From an uncultured Pseudomonadales bacterium (GTDB taxonomy: Bacteria; Patescibacteriota; Microgenomatia; UBA1400; PJMF01), in assembly GCA_964433225.1 (NCBI GenBank), contig CAYSQA010000003.1, positions 1 to 56,445 on the forward strand: a stretch of 56,445 nt of DNA, given 5' to 3'. The translations under genes were made by a program, and so were the position numbers. This document shows, in pieces, positions 7,618 to 16,304 of this stretch (the first letter of the stretch is position 1; each line of letters starts with the position of its first letter). The notes beneath the pieces are model-generated. The model searched no databases. It was not told the origin of the DNA and saw nothing but the letters and a program-made list of their open reading frames with translations.

Positions 7618-10035
7618 ATGCAAGAAAAATCAACATTAAAAAATCAAAAAACTCTCCTTATTATCAATACTGGTTCACTTAAAAAACGTTTTATTCTCCA
7701 AAGAATCGCCAAGATTCCCAATCTAAAAAAAGTCGTAGTTAATGCTCAAAAAAACTGGGCAGAGAACTATGTTGATGACTGGATTTTGGTTGATACCACC
7801 AATCATGATGCTACGATTAGAGCTATTACTGAGTACGCCAAGAAAAACCAAGTTGATGGAGTAGTCACTTTTTGGGAAGATGATGTTTTGTTGACCGCCA
7901 AATTAAGTGAAATCTTAAAAAAACCAGGAATTTCTTGGAAGGTTGCCTCTAAAGCCAGAAATAAATTTGCTTTCCGTGAGTTTTGTAGAAAACACAATTT
8001 GCCTGCTCCAAATTATTCATTGGTTAAATCAGATGAAGAGTTAAAAGAGATCTTAAAAACTTTAAAATTACCCGTTGTTTTTAAACCAACTTTTGGTTCC
8101 AGTAGTGCGTTTGTGATTAAGGCAGAAGATCAAGAAGAGGCTTTTGAAGTTTATGAGTTTTTGAAAAGAAATATTAACACTCAAGTTGAATCAGCTTTAA
8201 CTGATGGCTTGGAAGTGATGATCGAAGAATATATTGACGGAGATGAAGTTGACATCGATATCTTACTGCAGAATGGAAAAATTAAATATTGGTCAATTAC
8301 TGATAACTATAAAACTGAAGAACCATATTTTATGGAAAGTGGAATGGCTATTCCTTCGGCTTTACCAGAAGAAGATCAAAAAGAGTTGGTCGATATGGCA
8401 GAATCAGTTTTGGAACATTTAGGGATTACCAATGGTTGTATTCATTTTGAAGCCAAGCAGACTTCGACTGGTCCAGTTCCTATTGAAGTTAATCTAAGAA
8501 TGGGTGGTGATGAAGTTTACTCTTTTTCCAAACAAGCTTGGAAAGTTGACTTAATTGAGTATGCAGTCAAGATTGCGTTGGGAGAGTATTTTCCAAGAAT
8601 TGATAAGCCAGAAGAACCAGCGGTTTATTTAACTGGAACCTCTTTTATTCCAGAAAATTCTGGAGTAATTTCAAGTCTCGATATTCCTGAAAAATTTTCG
8701 GCTAAAGACCAAGTAGATGAGTTTGAGTTCTATAAAGAAGTTGGAGATACTGTTTTTGTTCCTCCGGCTGCTTATGAATTTTTGGGTTGGATTACTACTA
8801 AAGGAGAAAATCCTAATGATTCTAGGGAAAATCTGGAAAAAGTTTTAGAAAAAATTAATTATGAAATTATTCCTTTCTCTGAGGTTTCTGCTGTAGGGAA
8901 AACCAAGAGAGCTAATCGTTTTTCTGTGGCTAAGTTTGATCAAAGAATTATGGCTGGTCAAGCTAGAATCGAAAAAATTAGACGAGTTAAACTTTCAGAG
9001 CAAAGAAAACTTCATCTGGCAATTGCTTGCAATACTTTTTCTGGCGCTGATGGTGCAATAGAAGCAGAGTTGACTTCAGTAGGCAATAAAATTCGAAATA
9101 CCTTGGAAACAAGAGGTTATAAAACTTCTTTTATTGACTTTAACGATTTAAAAACGGCCTCTAATATGATGCAGTCACAAAAGATTGACTTGATATTTAA
9201 TGTGGCTGAGAGAATTAATGGTTCAAGCTTGTTAGAGCCTCATGTGGCTTCATTTTTTGATGCTTATCAAATTCCATATACCGGTTCTAATCCATTTACT
9301 TTGAGTTTGGCGATTGACAAAATTAAAGTAAAAAAACTACTCACTTATCACCAAATTCCGACGGCTAAGTGGGATTATGCTTTTACTTTGCAAGACGAAA
9401 TTAGAGATGATTTAGTTTTTCCTTTAATCGTGAAACCAGCTACTACTGATAACTCAATTGGGATTAACCAAGATTCAGTCGTAAGAAATCAACAAGAATT
9501 GAAACGTCAAATTAAATATGTTCTAGAAGAATTAAGATCTCCAGCTTTGATAGAAGAATATTTACCAGGGGATGAGTATGATGTTTCTATTATTGGCAAT
9601 GGTGATGAATTGAGAGTCCTGCCTCTATCTAGAACCCAATTTAATAAAATGCCAAAAGGAATGTGGAATATTTATTCTTTCGATTCTAAGTTTGGTAACC
9701 ATAGTGATTTTAAAAACTTTATTACAGAGGAGAGACCACCTAAAGGAGTAAGTAAAAAATTGATTTCTTTAATTACAGAAATGGCCATGGATACTTACTC
9801 TATCCTTGACTGTCATGATTATGGCAGAGTGGAAATAAAACTAGATGAACAGGGCAATCCTCACGTGTTGGAGCTCAATCCTAATCCTTCAATCAACGAA
9901 CCAGATTGTCTGCCTTCAGTGGCCAAACTAACAGGGATGAATTATGGTGATTTCTTAGAAGAAATTATTTCTTTAGCAATTAAGCGTTACCAAAACTCTC
10001 CACCTTACTATCATTTACAACCTCAACTAAGGTAA
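7618..10035 (+). CDS. Fusion of two ATP-grasp ligase modules (N-terminal L-amino-acid-ligase-like, C-terminal D-Ala-D-Ala-ligase-like), 805 aa
   Basis: Module 1: LPVVFKPTFGSSSAFVIKA, MIEEYIDGDEVDIDIL, IEVNLRMGG. Module 2: FPLIVKPATTDNSIGI, LIEEYLPGDEYDVSII, GRVEIKLDEQGNPHVLELNPNPS. Confidence 0.8.
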   Translation: MQEKSTLKNQKTLLIINTGSLKKRFILQRIAKIPNLKKVVVNAQKNWAENYVDDWILVDTTNHDATIRAITEYAKKNQVDGVVTFWEDDVLLTAKLSEILKKPGISWKVASKARNKFAFREFCRKHNLPAPNYSLVKSDEELKEILKTLKLPVVFKPTFGSSSAFVIKAEDQEEAFEVYEFLKRNINTQVESALTDGLEVMIEEYIDGDEVDIDILLQNGKIKYWSITDNYKTEEPYFMESGMAIPSALPEEDQKELVDMAESVLEHLGITNGCIHFEAKQTSTGPVPIEVNLRMGGDEVYSFSKQAWKVDLIEYAVKIALGEYFPRIDKPEEPAVYLTGTSFIPENSGVISSLDIPEKFSAKDQVDEFEFYKEVGDTVFVPPAAYEFLGWITTKGENPNDSRENLEKVLEKINYEIIPFSEVSAVGKTKRANRFSVAKFDQRIMAGQARIEKIRRVKLSEQRKLHLAIACNTFSGADGAIEAELTSVGNKIRNTLETRGYKTSFIDFNDLKTASNMMQSQKIDLIFNVAERINGSSLLEPHVASFFDAYQIPYTGSNPFTLSLAIDKIKVKKLLTYHQIPTAKWDYAFTLQDEIRDDLVFPLIVKPATTDNSIGINQDSVVRNQQELKRQIKYVLEELRSPALIEEYLPGDEYDVSIIGNGDELRVLPLSRTQFNKMPKGMWNIYSFDSKFGNHSDFKNFITEERPPKGVSKKLISLITEMAMDTYSILDCHDYGRVEIKLDEQGNPHVLELNPNPSINEPDCLPSVAKLTGMNYGDFLEEIISLAIKRYQNSPPYYHLQPQLR

Positions 10036-10081
10036 AAAAATAGTGAGTTGGAGATTTGCTAGCTTGGTTTACAATAGGGTT

Positions 10082-10513
10082 ATGAAGATTAATAGCTTGC
10101 ACAATTTTATTATTACTTATTTGTTACTATTGGCCGTTTTTGGCTTAATAGATGGAATTTGGCTGGGTGTGGTAGCCAAAAATTTTTATTTTGCAGAACT
10201 GGGGGATTTATTGAGAGATGACTTTTTATTGTTTCCTGGGTTGATATTTTATGCTCTTCATCCTCTAATGTTATGGTTTTGGGGTTTTGCTAAAGCTAAA
10301 TCTTTGAGAGAGTTACTACTAAATACTGCTTTATATGGTTTTGGGGCTTATGCCACTTATGATTTAAGTAATTGGGCAACTTTGAAAAATTGGTCACAAC
10401 AAGTAGTAATTGTTGATATTATTTGGGGTACTGTTGCCAGTATGTTAGTAGCTGGGATAGTGTGGTTTTTAGTTAATAAAAAAATGGTGGTTACTAGTGA
10501 AACTCACACCTAA
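10082..10513 (+). CDS. Small polytopic membrane protein (DUF2177-like)
   Basis: Four hydrophobic segments and an N-terminal LLAVFGLIDGIWLGVVAKNFY pattern. ATG at 10082 is preferred over the GTG at 10043 in the ORF track. Confidence 0.6.
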   Translation: MKINSLHNFIITYLLLLAVFGLIDGIWLGVVAKNFYFAELGDLLRDDFLLFPGLIFYALHPLMLWFWGFAKAKSLRELLLNTALYGFGAYATYDLSNWATLKNWSQQVVIVDIIWGTVASMLVAGIVWFLVNKKMVVTSETHT

Positions 10514-11711
10514 AGTTTATTCTGTTAATGATTATTTGGATTTACTCAACGAGCAGTTGGCTAACATTGAGATGGTTATTCAAGGAGAAATAACCTCGGT
10601 GAGTTTGAGAAAACATGCTTATTTTTCTTTGAGTGATGGAAAAAATAAGGAACAGGCTGTTTTATCGTGTGCTTTATGGCAGTTTAGGTTACAACAGTTG
10701 CCATTTGTTTTGGAAGAAGGGCTTGAAGTCCAAGTTTTTGGTAAGACTAATATTTACAAGCCATCTGGTAGATTAACTTTTGTCGTTGAACATATTGTGC
10801 CAGTGGGAGAAGGAGCTCTACAAAAAGCATTTGAGGTTTTGAAGCAAAAATTGGCTGACAAGGGCTATTTTGCTGAAGATAGAAAAAGAACTTTACCAGA
10901 ATTTCCAATTAAAATTGGTTTACTAACTTCTGCAACTGGTGATGCACTTCGTGATTTTAAAAAACACTTGGGTAATTTTGGTTTTCAAGTTTTTCATCGG
11001 GATATTAAGGTTGAGGGAATTTATGCAATTGATTCAATTGTAGCTGGTATTCGCTGGTTTAATGAACATCCAAACATTGTTGAAGGTGGGTTAGATGTTT
11101 TGGTATTAACTAGAGGTGGTGGTAGCTTGGAAAGCTTGCAGGCTTTTAATTCTGAGGAAGTTGCTCAAGCAGTTTTTGCTTCAAAAATTCCAGTTTTGTC
11201 AGCAGTAGGTCATGAGAGAGATGTCTCGATCACTGATTTAGTAGCAGATGTTAGAGCTTCTACTCCTACTGATGCTGGTAGAATTCTTTCTGAGCATTGG
11301 CGTCAAGCTGAACAAAAAATTGACTATTTTTCTCAACATCTGATTCAGGCAATGGAAAAATTAATTAAACAAGCAGATCAGTATTTAAATTATAACTGGG
11401 GTCAAATTACGAATAGATTTTTTTCAAAACTTGAATATTTTTTTACTAGGGTTGATTATTTTTCTCAGGCAATTTTTAGTAGTGGTAAAAAAAACATTTT
11501 TTATTTTAAGGATAAATTAACCCTTTTAGAGAAACAATTAATGGCTAATGATCCTCGATTAAAATTAAAGCAAGGTTATAGTTTGGTAAAAAATAACCAA
11601 GGGAAAATTATTAAATCAGTTGAACAAATATTAGTAGATAAAGATTTAACCATTACAGTGGCTGATGGTCATTTTGGAGCCACTGTTGTGAAAGGAAAAC
11701 ATGGCAACTAA
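10497..11711 (+). CDS. xseA: Exodeoxyribonuclease VII large subunit
   Basis: N-terminal OB region and LTRGGGSLESLQAFNSEEVA...SAVGHERDVSITDLVADVRASTPT. GTG start overlaps the upstream gene. Confidence 0.9.
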   Translation: MKLTPKVYSVNDYLDLLNEQLANIEMVIQGEITSVSLRKHAYFSLSDGKNKEQAVLSCALWQFRLQQLPFVLEEGLEVQVFGKTNIYKPSGRLTFVVEHIVPVGEGALQKAFEVLKQKLADKGYFAEDRKRTLPEFPIKIGLLTSATGDALRDFKKHLGNFGFQVFHRDIKVEGIYAIDSIVAGIRWFNEHPNIVEGGLDVLVLTRGGGSLESLQAFNSEEVAQAVFASKIPVLSAVGHERDVSITDLVADVRASTPTDAGRILSEHWRQAEQKIDYFSQHLIQAMEKLIKQADQYLNYNWGQITNRFFSKLEYFFTRVDYFSQAIFSSGKKNIFYFKDKLTLLEKQLMANDPRLKLKQGYSLVKNNQGKIIKSVEQILVDKDLTITVADGHFGATVVKGKHGN

Positions 11712-11910
11712 AAAACTTTCGATGAATGAAACTATGAAGGAGTTAGAAAAAATCAATGATTGGTTTCAAAATGAAGATATTGATTTGGATGAAGGCTTAG
11801 AAAAACTTCAACAAGCTCAACAACTAACTCAACAAATCAAAACAAGACTAAATGAGGTCGAGAATAAATTTATTGCTCTTAAAGAAGAGTTTTCACCTGA
11901 CTCAGAATAA
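11701..11910 (+). CDS. xseB: Exodeoxyribonuclease VII small subunit
   Basis: 69-aa helical protein overlapping the xseA stop by 11 nt, in the canonical position, with an LEKINDWFQNEDIDLDEGL pattern. Confidence 0.85.
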   Translation: MATKKLSMNETMKELEKINDWFQNEDIDLDEGLEKLQQAQQLTQQIKTRLNEVENKFIALKEEFSPDSE

Positions 11911-11913
11911 CTT

Positions 11914-12609
11914 TTATTTATAATCAAAGAGAGTGTTGGTCTCCACTGGTCCGACGCTATTGATGAAGTTTTGTTCAAAGTCATCTACCAGCCTATCACC
12001 ATTATCATAGACAAAGATAATTAGAATTGTATCGTCGACTTTTCTGAAATATTCTCTACCAATTTCTTCTCGGTGAATATAAAACATCTCATCATTAACT
12101 TTGATATAGTTTGTTTCTAGTTGATCTGGATCACTAGAGACAGGATTGTTCTTGAGGAAAGTTTCGAGATTAGTTTTAATCCCTCTAGCCTCGATTCCAA
12201 CAATAAAGGCATATTCATTGGAAAAAGGAATATCAAAACCATTACCAAAAGAAGCAATATAATGTTTCCTAACACCGTTGGTAGTAAGATAATCAGTAAT
12301 AATATTAGTCCATTCTTTTGGAATGTTAACGTATAAATCTCCAATCTGTCTTGTTTCTAATTCATCTCTAGAATAAATTTTGAGACCAGTCTTCTTTTGT
12401 AACATATCGGCAATTTGTTTGGTGGCATTAAATTCTTTTTTTAGTTGAAGGTGTTCCCAGAACAAAAAGCTGAATGCTCCAATCATGATGATGAGTAGAA
12501 ACTCCCAGTTTTCAAAGTTTAGAGTTTTATAAAAACTATAGAGGTGATTTCTGAAATATTTTGGGACTTGTTTCAATTTTTCCCAAGTTTGATTTTTTTC
12601 TTCAGACAT
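11914..12609 (-). CDS. Hypothetical membrane-anchored protein (231 aa)
   Basis: Single N-terminal hydrophobic segment (LLIIMIGAFSFLFW). No recognised motif. Confidence 0.6.
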   Translation of the reverse strand: MSEEKNQTWEKLKQVPKYFRNHLYSFYKTLNFENWEFLLIIMIGAFSFLFWEHLQLKKEFNATKQIADMLQKKTGLKIYSRDELETRQIGDLYVNIPKEWTNIITDYLTTNGVRKHYIASFGNGFDIPFSNEYAFIVGIEARGIKTNLETFLKNNPVSSDPDQLETNYIKVNDEMFYIHREEIGREYFRKVDDTILIIFVYDNGDRLVDDFEQNFINSVGPVETNTLFDYK

Positions 12610-12674
12610 GTGTTTTTTCCTTATCGATTAGTTTGTATGCAGTTTGTTCAGTAAAATACGGTATACTACAAAAG

Positions 12675-14471
12675 ATGTCCCAAGTTCAACAGGTGAAAGA
12701 TGCTACCGATATTATTCAGGTAATTGGGGAACGAATCAAGTTGCAGAGATCCGGCTCCAGTTATAAAGCACCTTGTCCTTTTCATAGTGAAAAAACTCCA
12801 TCTTTTTTTGTAAGTGAACAGTTACAACGTTATCGTTGTTTTGGCTGTGGAGAGACTGGTGATGCTCTGGATTTTTTACAAAAATATGAGGCGATGAGTT
12901 TTGCTGAAGCTCTTAAATATTTAGCAGACCAGGCCGGAATTCAGTTAGCAGAGTTTCAAAAAACTAATGATGATGAGTTGAGAGAACGCTTATTAGCTAT
13001 CTTGAATTTAGCTAAAGAGTACTATCATTACCTCTTAACTGTTCATTCTATTGGTGAGCAAGCTAGAAAATACCTTAAAGAGAGAGCTATTTCACAAGAA
13101 TCAATTCAGTTATTTAATTTGGGTTATTCTATGACTAGTTGGGATGGATTAGTTAAGTATTTACACCACAAGAAAAAATTTCCTTTAGAAGAAATAGAAC
13201 AAACAGGTTTAATTATTAAAGGACGCGGTGGTCGTTACTACGATCGTTTTAGAGGGAGAGTAATGTTTCCCCTTAAAGATCATCGGGGCAGAGTGGTTGG
13301 TTTCTCTGGTAGATTATTAGATAAAGAAGCCAAAGAGGCTAAGTACATTAACACTCCAGAAACCAAACTTTACCATAAATCTAAAATGTTATTTGGCTAC
13401 AAAGAGTTGTTAAGCGAGATTAAGAAAAAAGAGGCAGTAATTGTTGTTGAAGGTGAGTTTGATGTAATTTCTTCTTCACAAAACCATGTTAATAATATCG
13501 TGGCAATTAAGGGCTCTGCTTTGACTCAAGAGCAAGTTAAACTTATCTCTAGAGTAGCCAAAAAAATCTTATTATGTTTGGATGCAGATGAAGCTGGCAT
13601 TAAAGCTACCAAGAGAGCCATTGAGGTAGTGGGCGATACAGATATTGAGTTAAGAGTGATTGACTTGTCTTCACTAGAGGGTGGGGCAAAAGATGTTGAC
13701 GAGTTGGCTAGATCTACACCTAAAGTCTGGCGAGAATTAGAGAACCAAAGTATCTCTGTCTATGAATTTTTATTAAGATTTAGTTTGAGAAAAAATGATC
13801 CAGAAAAGCCAGAAGGTAAGCGAGAAATTGTTAAAGAGGTTGGTCCGGTTTTTGCAGAGATAACTCATGCGGTTGAAAAGGATTTCTATATTAAAAAATT
13901 GGCAGAAACTTTGAAAGTTAAACCAGAACTTATTAAACAAGATTTACAAAAAATTAAGCAAAATTTACCACTAGAGTCAGCAAGAGAACCAATTTCTACT
14001 CAGCAAAACCTTCCATCAAGAAGAGAATCATTAGAGAGATATTTGATTTTTTTACTTTTTGAAAGTAATAAGTTTTCAGAAAAGATTCAGTTGATCAGTG
14101 ATTTTGCTTGGCAAACTCCAGGTTTGTTTGAATTAATTAAGCATTTTTCCTCAGCAGAGTTTAAAAACAAGCTTGATCTTAAAAAGGCTACTCAAGGGTT
14201 GGCTGAAGATTTAAAACAATTAGTTTTTGATGTTGTTTATGATCCCAAATTTATTTCTTTAAAAGAACAAATTGATTTTGAGGTAGAGTGGTTAAATACT
14301 TGGCTGATTTTAAGAAATGAAAGTGCCAGAGCATCAATTAAGTTACTCCAAGCAGAAATTAAAGAACTTGATCGAAAAGCAGAAAAAACTGAACAAGAGG
14401 AACTTGAGTTTAATAACTTATTAAAAAAAATAGCTCACTATCAACAAATTTTACGCTCAGTTAATACTTGA
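12675..14471 (+). CDS. dnaG: DNA primase
   Basis: Zinc ribbon CPFHSEKTPSFFV...CFGCGETGD and TOPRIM VVEGEFDVIS ... LCLDADEAG. ATG at 12675 is preferred to the 12561 ORF start. Confidence 0.92.
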   Translation: MSQVQQVKDATDIIQVIGERIKLQRSGSSYKAPCPFHSEKTPSFFVSEQLQRYRCFGCGETGDALDFLQKYEAMSFAEALKYLADQAGIQLAEFQKTNDDELRERLLAILNLAKEYYHYLLTVHSIGEQARKYLKERAISQESIQLFNLGYSMTSWDGLVKYLHHKKKFPLEEIEQTGLIIKGRGGRYYDRFRGRVMFPLKDHRGRVVGFSGRLLDKEAKEAKYINTPETKLYHKSKMLFGYKELLSEIKKKEAVIVVEGEFDVISSSQNHVNNIVAIKGSALTQEQVKLISRVAKKILLCLDADEAGIKATKRAIEVVGDTDIELRVIDLSSLEGGAKDVDELARSTPKVWRELENQSISVYEFLLRFSLRKNDPEKPEGKREIVKEVGPVFAEITHAVEKDFYIKKLAETLKVKPELIKQDLQKIKQNLPLESAREPISTQQNLPSRRESLERYLIFLLFESNKFSEKIQLISDFAWQTPGLFELIKHFSSAEFKNKLDLKKATQGLAEDLKQLVFDVVYDPKFISLKEQIDFEVEWLNTWLILRNESARASIKLLQAEIKELDRKAEKTEQEELEFNNLLKKIAHYQQILRSVNT

Positions 14472-14475
14472 CACA

Positions 14476-14496
14476 ATATACCCCCTAGGGGTATAT
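14476..14496. promoter_or_regulatory. CsoR-type operator-like palindrome ATATACCCC-cta-GGGGTATAT
   Basis: 9-nt perfect inverted arms with a G/C tract core, located 9 nt upstream of the CsoR-family gene start. Confidence 0.6.
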
Positions 14497-14504
14497 TTGG
14501 AAAT

Positions 14505-14747
14505 ATGACAAGTCAAAAAGATCCCATTGTCGCTCAACTAAATCGGATAAACGGCCAAATTGAGGGTATTGCTAGAATGTACCAAGACGAACGTGCTTGT
14601 GTAGATATTGTTCGTCAAGTTATAGCGGTTAGAAGTTCGTTGGGTAGAGTCGCTAGAGACTTACTGACTTCCGAAGCTAAGAAATGTTCTCGTGGAGAAC
14701 AGTGGGATACACTTGACGATGTTTTAAAAGAAGTATTTCGTTATTAA
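14505..14747 (+). CDS. CsoR/RcnR/CstR-family metal- or thiol-sensing transcriptional repressor
   Basis: 80-aa all-helical protein, RINGQIEGIARMYQDERACVDIVRQVIAVRSSL. Cys32 and Cys61 are 29 residues apart, and Glu57 sits where CsoR has His. Confidence 0.85.
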   Translation: MTSQKDPIVAQLNRINGQIEGIARMYQDERACVDIVRQVIAVRSSLGRVARDLLTSEAKKCSRGEQWDTLDDVLKEVFRY

Positions 14748-14837
14748 CAACGAAACTTAAATAGGTAATAAGTAGTTTTACCAATTTTTAGGTAAACTTA
14801 CAGAAAGGATTTCTCTTGAATAGAGAAAATAATAACT

Positions 14838-15182
14838 ATGAGTAATAAAGGTGCAACTTACTTGGATGATCAAAGTTTCAAAACTGCTCTTCAACAAGAT
14901 AAACCAGTCTTTGTTGATTTTTTTGCTGAGTGGTGTGGTCCATGTCAAATGGCTGCTCCAGTGATTGATAAATTGGCTGATGAGTATGGAGATAAAATCA
15001 TGATTACTAAACTCAATGTAGATGAAAATCCAGCTACGGCTCAAGAATATGGTGTAATGAGTATTCCAACAGTTCTAGTTTTTAAGAAAGATGGAGAAGA
15101 AGTTAAAATTGTTGCCAAACAGATTGGTTTTCCTGGAGAAGCTGGTTACAAGGCTATGATTGATGAAGTTTTAGCAAAATAA
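14838..15182 (+). CDS. trxA: Thioredoxin
   Basis: WCGPC active site and thioredoxin-length protein with YGVMSIPTVLVFK. Confidence 0.95.
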   Translation: MSNKGATYLDDQSFKTALQQDKPVFVDFFAEWCGPCQMAAPVIDKLADEYGDKIMITKLNVDENPATAQEYGVMSIPTVLVFKKDGEEVKIVAKQIGFPGEAGYKAMIDEVLAK

Positions 15183-15211
15183 CAGCGAGTTTATCTTTAA
15201 GGAAGGTGGGT

Positions 15212-16276
15212 ATGAAAAAAGAAAAGTTAGTCATTGTTGGCTCTGGTCCAGCGGGTTATACCGCAGCAATTTATGCTGCTAGAGCTCAACTCAAGCCAGT
15301 TGTTTATACAGGTGTTGAAAGTGGTGGCCAGTTAATGTATACCACTGAACTAGAAAATTTTCCTGGCTTTCCAGATGGGGTCATGGGTCCCAAGTTTATG
15401 ATGGGACTTAGAGCTCAAGCTTTAAGGTTTGGAGCAGAGATTATTGATGCTCATGTAACTGCTTTTGATTTTTCTCAGAGACCTTTTAAACTTTGGACTC
15501 ACCTTCCTGATGGTAAAAATATTGATGTTTTTAAAAATGGTTCTCAGGAAGAAATAGTTGCCGTAATTGAAGCAGTAAAACAAACACCTCATGATCTTGA
15601 AGCTGAAACAGTCATTCTTAGTACTGGGGCTGCCTCTATTAAGTTGGGTGTTCCTGGGGAAAAAGAATTATTTGGTCGAGGAGTGAGTACCTGTGCAGTT
15701 TGTGATGCGGCTTTTTATCGTGATAAAAACGTTTTTGTAATTGGTGGTGGCGATAGTGCGATGGAAGATACTTTGGCTTTGACTAAATTTGCTAACAAAG
15801 TGACAGTTGTTCATCGCCGAGATTCTTTTCGAGCCAGTAAAATCATGGCTGATAGAGTGCTAAATAACGAAAAAGTTACGGTATTGTGGAATTCAAACTT
15901 AAAGCAAATTAAAGGTGACAACAAAGTTGAAAAAGTTGTCATTGAAACTAAAGGTAAAGAACAAGATTATTCTGCTGATGGTGTATTTTTAGCGATTGGT
16001 CATAAACCAGTTACTCAAGCTTTCCAAGGACAATTAAATTTGGATAAGGCTGGTTATTTAGTTACCAGACAAAGTTTGTCTGCTGCCGGTTTAGAGCAAG
16101 CTAGTGAGGCTTTAGATGAAAAACAATTGATTAAATTTCCCACCATGACTTCGGTTGAAGGAGTCTTTGCGGCTGGTGATGTGGTTGATGTGAGATATAA
16201 GCAAGCAATTACTGCTGCAGGGATGGGTTGTGAAGCAGCGTTGGATGCCGAGAGGTGGCTAGAAAGTAGAAACTAA
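15212..16276 (+). CDS. trxB: Thioredoxin-disulfide reductase (with two insertions)
   Basis: GSGPAGYTAA, CAVCDAAF redox centre, GGGDSAMEDT and GVFAAGD. ATG at 15212 follows GGAAGG; the ORF track begins at the GTG at 15206. Confidence 0.92.
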   Translation: MKKEKLVIVGSGPAGYTAAIYAARAQLKPVVYTGVESGGQLMYTTELENFPGFPDGVMGPKFMMGLRAQALRFGAEIIDAHVTAFDFSQRPFKLWTHLPDGKNIDVFKNGSQEEIVAVIEAVKQTPHDLEAETVILSTGAASIKLGVPGEKELFGRGVSTCAVCDAAFYRDKNVFVIGGGDSAMEDTLALTKFANKVTVVHRRDSFRASKIMADRVLNNEKVTVLWNSNLKQIKGDNKVEKVVIETKGKEQDYSADGVFLAIGHKPVTQAFQGQLNLDKAGYLVTRQSLSAAGLEQASEALDEKQLIKFPTMTSVEGVFAAGDVVDVRYKQAITAAGMGCEAALDAERWLESRN

Positions 16277-16304
16277 TAGTATTAGTTTAAAAAAAGGAAT
16301 TTTT

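Noticed and set aside
12561-12674. 38-codon N-terminal extension of dnaG given by the ORF track.
   Set aside because: The extension overlaps the divergent gene's 5' end and is hydrophobic nonsense. The conserved primase N-terminus begins at the ATG at 12675 (MSQVQQVKDATDII).
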